Below are positions 17,909 to 26,673 of a DNA stretch of 64,000 nt, in pieces. A program made the position numbers and the translations under genes. The stretch is from contig JAJUJC010000003.1 of NCBI GenBank assembly GCA_029267335.1, positions 165,044 through 229,043 of the forward strand, in the 5' to 3' direction. A model generated the notes under the pieces. It was not told the DNA's origin and ran no database searches. It saw nothing but the letters and a program-made list of their open reading frames with translations. Each line of letters opens with the position of its first letter. The stretch's first letter is position 1. Origin of the DNA: Intestinibacillus massiliensis. GTDB lineage: Bacteria > Bacillota > Clostridia > Oscillospirales > Butyricicoccaceae.

Positions 17909-19141
17909 ATGGAGAGAGTCGTCATCACGGGTATGGGCGCTGTGACGCCGATCGGCAATGATGTACCGTCTTTTATGGAAGCGCTCAAAGCGGGCAAGTG
18001 CGGCATCGGGCCGATCACCCACTTTGATACGACGGATTTTAAGGTCAAGGTGGCTGCGCAGGTCAAGGATTTTGACCCGGAGCAGTATATGGAAAAGCGC
18101 GAAGCCAAGCGTATGGATAGCTTTTGCCATTTCGCGGTCGCTGCGGCGCAGCAGGCCATGGAGCAGGCAAACCTGACCGCAGAGGGCAGCTTCGACCCGT
18201 GGCGCACGGGCGTATTTTTCGGCTCCGGCGTCGGCGGTCTGCCCATCGTGCAGGAAGAAACCGCAAAAATGCTCGAAAAAGGACCGGGACGCGTGTCGCC
18301 GCTCTACATTCCCGAGATGATCGCCAATATGGCCGCGGCGCATATCACGATGCGCTTCGGCATCAAGGGCGAGAGCATCTGTCCGGTAACTGCATGCGCG
18401 ACCTCGACGCACGCGATCGGGGAAGCGATGCGGGCGATTCGTCACGGCTATCAGGACATCGTCCTTGCAGGCGGTACAGAAGCCGCGATCTGCGCCATCG
18501 GCATGGCGGGCTTCCAGAATATGAAGGCGCTATACACCGGCGAGGACCCGATGGCGGCGTCGATTCCGTTTGATAAGCGTCGCAGCGGCTTCGTCATGGG
18601 CGAGGGCGCTGCGGTCGTCGTGCTGGAGAGCCTGTCGCATGCACAGGCGCGCGGCGCGCACATCATTTGTGAGGTTGCGGGCTACGGCGCGACGAGCGAC
18701 GCATATCACATTACAAGCCCTGCTCCCGACGGAGAGGGCGCGGCACAGGCGATGCGCCTTGCCATTGCGGATGCGGGCCTGACCCCCACAGATGTCGATT
18801 ATATCAATGCACATGGCACAAGCACCCCGATCAACGAAAAGTTCGAGACCATTGCGATTAAGCAGGCGTTCGGTGACGCGGCAAAGACCGTGCATGTATC
18901 CTCGACCAAGTCGATGACCGGTCATCTGCTTGGCGCGGCAGGCGCAATCGAAGCGATCGCGTGCGCCATGGCGGTCACGGAGGATGTCATTCCGCCGACG
19001 ATTGGCTACGTCGAGTTTGACGAGGATTGTGATCTCGACGTCACGCCGAACGAGTTAAAGCACGCGAAGGTCGATGTCGCGATCAGCAACTCGCTCGGCT
19101 TTGGCGGACACAACGCAACCATTCTGATTAAGAAGGTGTGA
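17909..19141 (+). CDS. fabF: 3-oxoacyl-ACP synthase II
   Basis: ATG 17909 follows GGGAGGA. Active-site region PVTACATSTHAIGEA and C-terminal NSLGFGGHNAT. Confidence 0.95.
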   Translation: MERVVITGMGAVTPIGNDVPSFMEALKAGKCGIGPITHFDTTDFKVKVAAQVKDFDPEQYMEKREAKRMDSFCHFAVAAAQQAMEQANLTAEGSFDPWRTGVFFGSGVGGLPIVQEETAKMLEKGPGRVSPLYIPEMIANMAAAHITMRFGIKGESICPVTACATSTHAIGEAMRAIRHGYQDIVLAGGTEAAICAIGMAGFQNMKALYTGEDPMAASIPFDKRRSGFVMGEGAAVVVLESLSHAQARGAHIICEVAGYGATSDAYHITSPAPDGEGAAQAMRLAIADAGLTPTDVDYINAHGTSTPINEKFETIAIKQAFGDAAKTVHVSSTKSMTGHLLGAAGAIEAIACAMAVTEDVIPPTIGYVEFDEDCDLDVTPNELKHAKVDVAISNSLGFGGHNATILIKKV

Positions 19142-19144
19142 TCG

Positions 19145-19591
19145 ATGGAGTTAAAGGAGATCAAGGAATTCGCGCTTGAACTGATGGACGCGGCACGCGC
19201 ACGGTCACTTGCCGAGTTTGAACTGGAGACGGAGGATTTTCGCATTGCGCTCAAGACGCAGGGACAGGTCATGCAGGTCAGCGCAGCGCCTGCCCCCGCG
19301 ATGACCGCAGCGGCTTCTGCCACACCCGCTGCACCGGCGCTCGACGATACCCCGCGCGGCACGCGCGTGGAGGCGCCACTGGTCGGCATCTTTTACTCCT
19401 CGCCCTCGCCGGAGGAACCGCCTTTTGTCGAGGTGGGTCAGAAGGTTTCTAAGGGCGACACCATTTTCATCATCGAGGCGATGAAGACGATGAACGAGAT
19501 TGCCGCACCGTGTGACGGTACGGTCAGCCGTATCTATGCGCAGAGCGGCGATATGGTCGAGTATAAGCAGCTTATTTGCATGATCGAGTAA
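19145..19591 (+). CDS. accB: Acetyl-CoA carboxylase biotin carboxyl carrier protein
   Basis: Ala/Pro-rich linker and biotinylation motif EAMKTMNEI. Confidence 0.93.
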   Translation: MELKEIKEFALELMDAARARSLAEFELETEDFRIALKTQGQVMQVSAAPAPAMTAAASATPAAPALDDTPRGTRVEAPLVGIFYSSPSPEEPPFVEVGQKVSKGDTIFIIEAMKTMNEIAAPCDGTVSRIYAQSGDMVEYKQLICMIE

Positions 19592-19604
19592 GGGAGGGGA
19601 GCAC

Positions 19605-20027
19605 ATGCTAAGCAGAGAACAGATCATGGGCATCATTCCGCACCGTCCGCCCATGCTGCTTGTCGATGAGGTCGAACTGATCGAAGACGGCGCGATCGGC
19701 ACACTGCATCTGACCGGCGATGAGTTTTTCTTTCAGGGACATTTCCCCGGAAACCCCATCATGCCGGCAGTATTCCAACTTGAAGCACTGGCACAGGTCG
19801 GCGCGGTCGCACTGCTGTCTATTCCGGAGTTTCAGGGCAAGACTGCGGTCTACACCGGCATCGATAAGGCAAAATTCCGCACAATGGTCAAGCCCGGCGA
19901 TACGCTGCGCATGGAGATCCGTTTCGTCAAGCGCCGCGGCCCGATGGCGGTTGCGGAGGGCGTAGTTCTCGTCGGTGACAAGAAAGCCGCCGAAGCCGAG
20001 ATCAAGTGCGCTGTCGTGATGGACTGA
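19605..20027 (+). CDS. fabZ: 3-hydroxyacyl-ACP dehydratase
   Basis: IPHRPPMLLVD and HFPGNPIMPAV hot-dog motifs. Confidence 0.95.
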   Translation: MLSREQIMGIIPHRPPMLLVDEVELIEDGAIGTLHLTGDEFFFQGHFPGNPIMPAVFQLEALAQVGAVALLSIPEFQGKTAVYTGIDKAKFRTMVKPGDTLRMEIRFVKRRGPMAVAEGVVLVGDKKAAEAEIKCAVVMD

Positions 20028-20041
20028 GGCGAGTGACAAAC

Positions 20042-21388
20042 ATGTTTCAAAAGGTTTTAATCGCAAATCGGGGCGAGATCGCGGTGCGCATCATTCAGGC
20101 GTGCCGCGACCTCGGCATCGTTTCGGTCGCGGTCTATTCCGAGGCGGACCGGGAAGCGCTGCATGCACAGATCGCGGACGAAGCGGTCTGTATCGGCCCT
20201 GCGGCGGCAAAAGACAGCTACCTCAATATGAACAACATCATCAGTGCCGCTGTCGCTTCCGGCGCGCAGGCAATCCACCCGGGATACGGCTTTTTGTCCG
20301 AAAATCCCGAATTTGCTGCGCTCACGGAGGAAAACGGGCTGACGTTCATCGGTCCGTCCGCGCAGGTCATCCGCCTGCTCGGCGATAAGTCCGAAGCCAA
20401 ACGGCAGGCGATTGCAGCAGGCGTGCCCGTGGCGCTCGGTACGGACGGCGCAGTCGCGGATTTTGCACAGGCGGAGCGCGAAGCCGAGCGCATCGGCTTT
20501 CCGCTCATGCTAAAGGCGGCGTCGGGCGGCGGGGGCAAGGGCATCCGTGTGGCGCACGACAAGAGCGAGCTGAAAAGCGCGTATGAGACCGCGTCTGCAG
20601 AGGCGATTGCGAATTTCGGAGACGGACGTCTGTATCTCGAGCGGTATATCCATAACCCGCGCCATATCGAGGTACAGATCCTGGGCGACAAGCATGGAAA
20701 CGTCGTGCATCTGTTTGAGCGCGAGTGTTCGATCCAGCGCCGTCACCAGAAAATCCTCGAGGAAGCACCCTCGAGCTTTGTCGACGATGACCTGCGTCAC
20801 CGCATGGGTGAGGCAGCGGTCGGTCTCGCCAAACGCGTCGGCTATGTCGGCGCAGGCACGGTCGAGTTCCTCGTCGACGCGCAGCGCAACTTCTATTTCT
20901 GTGAGGTCAACACCCGTATCCAGGTCGAGCATCCCGTCACCGAGGTGGTCACGGGGCGCGATCTGGTGTGCGAGCAGCTTCGCATCGCGGCGGGCGAGCC
21001 GATCTCTTTTCAGCAGGAACAGCTTTTCCTGCACGGGCATGCGATCGAATGCCGCATTTGCGCAGAGGATTCCGCACGCGGCTTTGCACCCTGTCCGGGC
21101 ACGATGGTCTCTATGCATCTGCCGGGCGGCGCGGGCGTGCGCGTCGATACTGCCGCGTATCAGGGCTACACCATCCCGCCGTACTATGACAGCATGATCG
21201 GCAAGCTCATCGTGCAGGGGCGTGACCGTAATCAGGCGATTGCACGCATGCGCCGCGCGCTCGCGGAGCTGCTGTTTGAGGGCGTGACCACGAGCACGGA
21301 TTATCAAATGAAGGTTTTGCAGTCGGACGCATTCGTGCGCGGCGATTTCAATACAAATTCCATCGCGAACGGCGATTTCGACCGCTGA
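20042..21388 (+). CDS. accC: Acetyl-CoA carboxylase biotin carboxylase subunit
   Basis: [18 protein letters not shown]-terminus and ATP-grasp motifs. Confidence 0.95.
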   Translation: MFQKVLIANRGEIAVRIIQACRDLGIVSVAVYSEADREALHAQIADEAVCIGPAAAKDSYLNMNNIISAAVASGAQAIHPGYGFLSENPEFAALTEENGLTFIGPSAQVIRLLGDKSEAKRQAIAAGVPVALGTDGAVADFAQAEREAERIGFPLMLKAASGGGGKGIRVAHDKSELKSAYETASAEAIANFGDGRLYLERYIHNPRHIEVQILGDKHGNVVHLFERECSIQRRHQKILEEAPSSFVDDDLRHRMGEAAVGLAKRVGYVGAGTVEFLVDAQRNFYFCEVNTRIQVEHPVTEVVTGRDLVCEQLRIAAGEPISFQQEQLFLHGHAIECRICAEDSARGFAPCPGTMVSMHLPGGAGVRVDTAAYQGYTIPPYYDSMIGKLIVQGRDRNQAIARMRRALAELLFEGVTTSTDYQMKVLQSDAFVRGDFNTNSIANGDFDR

Positions 21389-21419
21389 ACGCGGCGAAAA
21401 CGTCCGAGGAGGGATTATT

Positions 21420-22271
21420 TTGCTGATCGACTTATTTAAAAAGACGCGCGACAGCTCGATGCAGATGAAGCAGGGGGAGCAGCCGGAGGAACCGGTCGTC
21501 ACCTGCAAGCGCTGCGGCACCGCGCTGACCGCCAAAAACTACGGCCGCAACCTGTATGTGTGCCCATCATGCGGACTGTACGGCCGCCTGTTTGCGCGCA
21601 CGCGCATCAAGCTGACGGTCGATAAGGACAGCTTTAAGGAGCTTTGGGGCAATCTTGAAACGGTCAATCCGCTCGACTTTGACGGTTATGAGGATAAAAT
21701 CCGCACCTTGCAGGAAAAGACCAAAATGCGCGAGGCGGTCGTTACCGGCGTGTGTACGATCGGCGGCATCAAAGTGTGTCTCGGTGTGATGGACAGCCAT
21801 TTCCTCATGGCATCTATGGGCAGCGTGGTCGGTGAAAAGCTGACACGTCTGTTTGAGTATGCGACCGCGCGCGAGCTGCCTGTCGTGCTGTTCACGGCGT
21901 CGGGCGGCGCGCGTATGCAGGAAGGCATCATTTCCCTCATGCAAATGGCGAAGGTATCCGCCGCCGCCGCGCGCCACTCGCAGGCGGGGCTGCTCTATCT
22001 CACGGTGCTGACTGACCCGACCACGGGCGGCGTGACCGCAAGCTTCGCAAGTCTGGGCGACATCATCCTCGCTGAGCCGCGCGCGACCGTAGGCTTTGCG
22101 GGACGGCGCGTCATCGAGGGCACGATCGGAGAAACACTACCTGAGGATTTTCAGTCCGCAGAGTTCTTGCAAGAGCACGGTTTTTGTGATAAGATAGTTC
22201 CCAGGAATCAGATGAAGCGCACGCTCGAGCGGCTTCTCCGCTTGCATGAGCGTCCGAAAACGAGAAAGTAG
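21420..22271 (+). CDS. accD: Acetyl-CoA carboxylase carboxyltransferase beta subunit
   Basis: TTG start 6 nt after GAGGAGGG. Zn ribbon CKRCG...CPSCG. Confidence 0.93.
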   Translation: MLIDLFKKTRDSSMQMKQGEQPEEPVVTCKRCGTALTAKNYGRNLYVCPSCGLYGRLFARTRIKLTVDKDSFKELWGNLETVNPLDFDGYEDKIRTLQEKTKMREAVVTGVCTIGGIKVCLGVMDSHFLMASMGSVVGEKLTRLFEYATARELPVVLFTASGGARMQEGIISLMQMAKVSAAAARHSQAGLLYLTVLTDPTTGGVTASFASLGDIILAEPRATVGFAGRRVIEGTIGETLPEDFQSAEFLQEHGFCDKIVPRNQMKRTLERLLRLHERPKTRK

Positions 22272-22280
22272 GGGATACGC

Positions 22281-23072
22281 ATGAGTAAATTACCCGTAGC
22301 GGAGCGCATGCGCGTCATCCACGACCCCAAGCGCCCGACAATCGACGATTACGTTGCTGCAGTGTTTGATGACTTTGTCGAGCTGCACGGCGATCGGTAT
22401 TTTGCCGAGGATGCTGCGATCTGCGGCGGCATCGCCATGCTGGCAGGGCAGCCCGTCACGGTCATCGGGCATCGCAAGGGCAAGACGACCGAGCAGAACC
22501 TTGCCGCTAATTTCGGCATGCCCCATCCTGAAGGCTACCGCAAGGCGCTGCGCCTGGCAAAACAGGCGGAAAAGTTCCATCGTCCGGTCATTTGCTTCGT
22601 TGATACGCCTGGCGCGTTTTGCGGCGTCGGCGCGGAGGAACGCGGACAGGGCGAAGCCATCGCGCGCAATCTGGCGGAGTTCATGAACCTGCGCACGCCG
22701 GTCGTATCCATCGTCACCGGCGAAGGCGGTTCGGGCGGCGCGATCGCACTCGCGGTCGCAGATCGCGTGATGATGCTCGAAAATGCGATCTATTCCGTCA
22801 TTTCCCCGCGCGGTGCGGCATCCATCCTGTGGAAGGATGCCTCGCGTGAGCTGGAAGCAGCGGAGCGGCTGCGCATCACCGCAGAAGATCTGATGCGGTT
22901 CGGTGTCATCGAGGAGATCGTTTCGGAGGGCGCAAGCGCAGCGATGCTGCTGCGCAACGTCAAAAAAGCACTGTCGGAGATCGTGCCGCAGCTACAGACG
23001 CTACCGATCGACCAGTTGCTCCAAAAAAGGTATGAAAAATTCCGTAAAATCGGAGTTTTCAGCGAAGAATAA
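22281..23072 (+). CDS. accA: Acetyl-CoA carboxylase carboxyltransferase alpha subunit (short N-terminus)
   Basis: FVDTPGAFCG and GEGGSGGA motifs. Confidence 0.93.
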   Translation: MSKLPVAERMRVIHDPKRPTIDDYVAAVFDDFVELHGDRYFAEDAAICGGIAMLAGQPVTVIGHRKGKTTEQNLAANFGMPHPEGYRKALRLAKQAEKFHRPVICFVDTPGAFCGVGAEERGQGEAIARNLAEFMNLRTPVVSIVTGEGGSGGAIALAVADRVMMLENAIYSVISPRGAASILWKDASRELEAAERLRITAEDLMRFGVIEEIVSEGASAAMLLRNVKKALSEIVPQLQTLPIDQLLQKRYEKFRKIGVFSEE

Positions 23073-23101
23073 TTTTTTTAATGTAAAAGGAGACTACACC
23101 C

Positions 23102-23326
23102 ATGTTTGAGAAAATTTGCGACCTGCTCGCGGAGAAGTTTGACGCGGATGCATCCACGATGACCATGGACACCAACATCAAGGAAGACCTCAAGGCGGAC
23201 TCCCTCGATGTCGTTGAGCTGATGATGGATCTTGAGGAGAACTTCGGCATTGCGATCTCGGATGAGGAAGCGATGAAGATGAGCACGATCGGTGACATCG
23301 TGAACTACATCGAGGCACATCAGTAA
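23102..23326 (+). CDS. acpP: Acyl carrier protein
   Basis: 74 aa with the phosphopantetheine site LKADSLDVVELMM. Confidence 0.95.
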   Translation: MFEKICDLLAEKFDADASTMTMDTNIKEDLKADSLDVVELMMDLEENFGIAISDEEAMKMSTIGDIVNYIEAHQ

Positions 23327-23350
23327 GTTTCTTCCGGCTATCGGAATGAC

Positions 23351-23383
23351 AAAAGCTCCCGCCAAACTTGGCGGGAGCTTTTG
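23351..23383. terminator. Bidirectional terminator shared by acpP (+) and the 59-aa sORF (-)
   Basis: 13-bp stem AAAAGCTCCCGCC/GGCGGGAGCTTTT. Confidence 0.85.
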
Positions 23384-23405
23384 CTGTCACATTGTTTTGG
23401 AATCC

Positions 23406-23585
23406 TTATCGGCGCTTGCAACGCGGATCAGGCTCAATGGCCTGCGCGGGCGCACAATACATCTCGGTATAAGCGGTCGCAGACGGATCGCCCATCGGCG
23501 CACGCTGCACGGGATCGCGGCGAACTGCGTTGGAATCAATGTGTTGTAAATCGTCATAACGCGGAAAATCTTTTTTGTGACACAT
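23406..23585 (-). CDS. Hypothetical 59-aa hydrophilic protein (not in the ORF track, below its length cutoff)
   Basis: Own translation: MCHKKDFPRYDDLQHIDSNAVRRDPVQRAPMGDPSATAYTEMYCAPAQAIEPDPRCKRR. ATG lies 8 nt after AAAGGAG. The stop lies 22 nt before the bidirectional terminator. Confidence 0.55.
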   Translation of the reverse strand: MCHKKDFPRYDDLQHIDSNAVRRDPVQRAPMGDPSATAYTEMYCAPAQAIEPDPRCKRR

Positions 23586-23625
23586 GTTGCACGCTCCTTT
23601 CGGCGGAAAGTGGATGGAACGTGAT

Positions 23626-23654
23626 TAGTATGCCACGGGGCAAAAGACACATAC
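23626..23654 (-). promoter_or_regulatory. Candidate forespore-type (sigma-G/F-like) promoter GTATG-N17-CATACTA
   Basis: Minus-strand match to my recollection of the B. subtilis sigma-G consensus GHATR-N17/18-CATxHTA. About 40 nt upstream of the sORF start and preceded by an A/T-rich tract. Confidence 0.3.
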
Positions 23655-23782
23655 AGTACAAATAAAATAAAATTCTATGAACTTTACAAAAAAATAAAAA
23701 AATTTCCATATAAAGTGACGAAAATTGTCGGAAAAGGAAAGCGCGCCCGATGATGCCATCGAACGCGCGCAGCGCATGCGGT

Positions 23783-23965
23783 TCAGTTTTGCTTGCGGAC
23801 GATCGCATAATCGTCGCCCGGACGATAATAGGGGCAGGTGCGCGCAGATGCGCTCATTAGCCGCTGAAATTCATCTTCATCGAAATAAGCGAGACATTCG
23901 TATGCGTCAAGTTCCTCGTTATAGTCCTGATACAAGCAGGTGTCGCAATTTGCAGACTCTGACAT
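23783..23965 (-). CDS. Small 4-Cys protein (60 aa), uncharacterised clostridial family (I recall it as a DUF6472-like annotation, unverified)
   Basis: MSESANCDTCLYQDY...YECLAYFDEDEF...CPYYRPGDDYAIVRKQN. ATG 23965 lies 8 nt after GGAGG. GTG 24022 is an alternative start that overlaps the upstream stop (GTGA). Confidence 0.7.
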   Translation of the reverse strand: MSESANCDTCLYQDYNEELDAYECLAYFDEDEFQRLMSASARTCPYYRPGDDYAIVRKQN

Positions 23966-24018
23966 GGTGATCGCCTCCGCCACCACTGTATCATATTTTG
24001 GCGTTTCTGACAACCCTG

Positions 24019-24603
24019 TCACAGCATTTGATAGCCTTCGACGAAATCCGTAATCAAATCATAAAAATGCAGGCGGGACGGCTGCTTTCGGCTTAAAAGC
24101 TGCACAAATTTTTCCACTTCCGCCCGGTTGGGACAGACGTCAGGTGCGACATAGGATGCGCTGCCGCAGCGGGAGCGATAGATCGCATGAATGCCGTAAC
24201 TCATGCCATTGGGGCACGGTGTTTCACAGAGTTGATAGGTGGCAACGCTGCCATAGCCGGCGCACTCTACATCGCGCAGCGTGTAGGTCTGCAACAGGTC
24301 GTGGCAGGCAGCATCAAAGACGGAGCAAGCGCTGCTTTCGGTGCAATCAGGCACAAATTGTGGAATGCAGTGCTCAATTACGGTATAATCCGGTTCCGAA
24401 TAACCCTCATCAAATAACTGATGCGGCGCACATTGCAGCACCTCGGCAATCCCGCAAAGTTGCGCCAGTGTCAGGTTGCTCCCCTGTTCCGCCTGTCGCC
24501 ATTCCGGTTCGGACAGGGAACAGCCGATACATAGCTGCCCAACCGGAACGGACTGCGCCTGACGGCGGTGCTTGATGTTGCGCGCAATAGTCTGTAATAA
24601 CAC
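24019..24603 (-). CDS. XRE-family helix-turn-helix protein with Cys-rich C-terminal domain of unknown function
   Basis: GTG 24603 lies 6 nt after GGAGGGG. N-terminal HTH (LLQTIARNIKHRRQAQ...LTLAQLCGIAEVLQCAPHQLF). The C-terminal ~120 aa carry 10 Cys. The track start at 24732 would overlap the promoter. Confidence 0.7.
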   Translation of the reverse strand: MLLQTIARNIKHRRQAQSVPVGQLCIGCSLSEPEWRQAEQGSNLTLAQLCGIAEVLQCAPHQLFDEGYSEPDYTVIEHCIPQFVPDCTESSACSVFDAACHDLLQTYTLRDVECAGYGSVATYQLCETPCPNGMSYGIHAIYRSRCGSASYVAPDVCPNRAEVEKFVQLLSRKQPSRLHFYDLITDFVEGYQML

Positions 24604-24631
24604 AGTGAACCCCTCCTTTTTAGTTGGTGCT

Positions 24632-24660
24632 ATTGTACCTGCTTTCCCAAAATGCAGCAA
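24632..24660 (-). promoter_or_regulatory. Promoter TTGCTG-N17-TACAAT for the XRE-type gene
   Basis: Minus-strand hexamers with a 17-nt spacer, about 25 nt upstream of the start codon. Confidence 0.5.
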
Positions 24661-24661
24661 A

Positions 24662-24673
24662 GTATCGTGATAC
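24662..24673. promoter_or_regulatory. Small palindrome GTATC-GT-GATAC just upstream of the XRE gene -35
   Basis: 5-bp arms. Possible autoregulatory operator. Confidence 0.2.
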
Positions 24674-24776
24674 CTTGACAAGCTGTGAGATGCGTGCATG
24701 GGAAAATTACAGGTGTCGATCACAATTACCAATTTGCGTATACAGCGGTTTTTTGTGAAAATTTCCGCATGCTCCT

Positions 24777-24805
24777 TTCAAAACAGACCGATTTCATGCT
24801 ATAAT
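24777..24805 (+). promoter_or_regulatory. Promoter TTCAAA-N17-TATAAT (TGc extended -10)
   Basis: Upstream of the radical SAM gene. Confidence 0.55.
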
Positions 24806-24834
24806 AAAATTGTATAAGAATCAGGAGGAATGTC

Positions 24835-26673
24835 ATGTTACATCCAAAACTTGAGCGGATTTTACCCCATGTGCAGAAGCCGGCGCGCTATGTCGGCGGC
24901 GAATGGGGTTCGGTTCATAAAGATGCAAAAAATATTGATCTGCGGTTCGCCATGTGCTTTCCCGACACCTACGAGGTCGGTATGTCGCATCTTGGCTCGC
25001 GCATCATCTACGGGCTGCTCAACGCGCAGGAGGGCGTGTGGTGCGAGCGTGTGTTTGCGCCGTGGGTCGATATGGAAAAGGAAATGCGTGCCGCGGACAT
25101 CCCGCTGTACGGTCTGGAAAGCGGCGACGCGTTGTCGGGATTCGATATCATCGGGTTCACGCTGCAATATGAGCTGTCCTTTACGAATATTCTCAATATG
25201 CTCGACCTCGGGGGCGTGCCCGTTCGTGCGTCGGAGCGTACCGGACTGCACAATCTGGTCGTCGCGGGCGGTCCATGCGCCTATAATCCCGAGCCGCTGT
25301 GCGATTTCATCGACCTGTTCATGATCGGTGACGGCGAGGAGATCCTGATCGACCTGACCGATCTGTATCGTCGCGCAAAGGGTGAGAATTGGGGCAAGGA
25401 ACGCTTCCTGCGTGAAGCGGCACAGATCCAGGGCATGTATGTGCCGTCGCTGTACGATGTGGCGTATCATGAGGACGGCACGATCGCGTCCGTTACCGCG
25501 CGCGACGGCGCACCGGCGCTCGTGCAAAAGCGCATCGTTGCCGATCTCGACACGATGTACTATCCGGAGTCCTTCGTCGTGCCGTCGACCGACATCGTGT
25601 TCGACCGCGCGATGATCGAACTGTTCCGCGGCTGTCCGCGTGGCTGCCGCTTCTGTCAGGCAGGGCACACCTATCGTCCGCTGCGCACCAAGACCCCTGA
25701 AACGCTGCGCAAGCAGGCGGAAGCGGTGCTCAAAAATTCGGGCTACGAGGAGATTTCGCTGTCGTCGCTGTCTACGAGCGACTACGGCGAGTTGAGCATG
25801 CTCACAAACGAGATGCTCGACTATTGCGAGCCACGGCATATCAGCCTGTCGCTGCCCTCGCTGCGTGCGGACAGCTTTAATGCGGAGCTGATGGAGCGCG
25901 TGCAGAAGGTGCGCAAGAGCGGCTTGACCTTCGCGCCCGAGGCAGGCTCGGCGCGTTTGCGCGATGTCATCAACAAAAACCTCGCGGAGGAGGATCTGAT
26001 GCGCGCGTGTGAGATCGCGTTCCGCGGCGGCTGGAACAATCTCAAGCTGTATTTCATGATCGGTCTGCCGACCGAGACGTCCGAGGATCTCGACGGTATT
26101 TCCGAGCTGTGCAAAAAGGTCGCTTATCTGTGGCGCACCACGACCGAAAACCGCGGACGCGGTGTGCGCATCACGGCTTCCGCGTCGTGCTTCGTGCCCA
26201 AGCCGCAGACGCCGTTCCAGTGGGACGCGCAGAACACGCTCGAAGCGCTTGCGGGCAAGCAGGACTATATGAAGCAGATCATGAAAACCAAGAACGTCAC
26301 CTACAACTGGCACGACGCCAAGACCTCAGTCATGGAGGGTGCGATCGCGCGCGGCGACCGCCGACAGGGTGAAGTCATCTACACCGCGTGGAAGAACGGC
26401 TGCGTGTTCGACGGTTGGGATTCGCTGTTCTCGCTCGACAAGTGGAACGACGCGTTCGCCGCGTGCGGGCTTGATCCGCTGTTTTACAGCGCGCGGCAGC
26501 GTCCGCTCGATGAGCTGTTCCCATGGGATCACATCGGCTGCGGCACGGATAAGGCGCACCTCATTCGCGAGTGGGAACGCTCGCGCCGCGCAGAACCCAC
26601 ACCGGACTGCATGACCAAATGCGCCGGCTGCGGCGCATCCAAGCTGCTTGAGGGAGGTGCCTGCCATGTTTAA
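24835..26673 (+). CDS. B12-binding-domain radical SAM protein (TIGR03960-like), function unknown
   Basis: 612 aa. N-terminus LERILPHVQKPARYVGGEW and radical SAM cluster CPRGCRFC. Confidence 0.85.
   Translation: MLHPKLERILPHVQKPARYVGGEWGSVHKDAKNIDLRFAMCFPDTYEVGMSHLGSRIIYGLLNAQEGVWCERVFAPWVDMEKEMRAADIPLYGLESGDALSGFDIIGFTLQYELSFTNILNMLDLGGVPVRASERTGLHNLVVAGGPCAYNPEPLCDFIDLFMIGDGEEILIDLTDLYRRAKGENWGKERFLREAAQIQGMYVPSLYDVAYHEDGTIASVTARDGAPALVQKRIVADLDTMYYPESFVVPSTDIVFDRAMIELFRGCPRGCRFCQAGHTYRPLRTKTPETLRKQAEAVLKNSGYEEISLSSLSTSDYGELSMLTNEMLDYCEPRHISLSLPSLRADSFNAELMERVQKVRKSGLTFAPEAGSARLRDVINKNLAEEDLMRACEIAFRGGWNNLKLYFMIGLPTETSEDLDGISELCKKVAYLWRTTTENRGRGVRITASASCFVPKPQTPFQWDAQNTLEALAGKQDYMKQIMKTKNVTYNWHDAKTSVMEGAIARGDRRQGEVIYTAWKNGCVFDGWDSLFSLDKWNDAFAACGLDPLFYSARQRPLDELFPWDHIGCGTDKAHLIREWERSRRAEPTPDCMTKCAGCGASKLLEGGACHV

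Noticed and set aside
22281-23072. AccA is about 55 aa shorter at the N-terminus than the E. coli protein. Considered as a truncated pseudogene.
   Set aside because: The ATG is 9 nt after the accD stop and has an SD, so no missing sequence is available upstream. All catalytic motifs are present. Short AccA forms are plausible in this lineage.
23346-23665. Track ORFs 23346-23549 (+), 23381-23665 (+) and 23387-23650 (-) around the sORF locus.
   Set aside because: They start inside the acpP terminator or lack SDs. The 59-aa minus-strand frame is the only one with a proper SD, start and terminator context.
24862-26313. 483-aa ORF antisense to the radical SAM gene. Similar long antisense ORFs occur at 16984-18246, 20510-21535, 28322-29767, 39043-41106 and 52459-53868.
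   Set aside because: All lie opposite genes with strong family signatures, lack SD sequences, and have Arg/His/Ala-rich shadow composition.
23406-26673. Idea that the 59-aa sORF or the 60-aa Cys-rich protein is a RiPP precursor for the nearby radical SAM enzyme.
   Set aside because: The small genes are on the opposite strand with their own promoters and terminators. The radical SAM protein is of the housekeeping TIGR03960 type rather than a SPASM/RiPP maturase. No leader/core-like architecture, protease or exporter is present.
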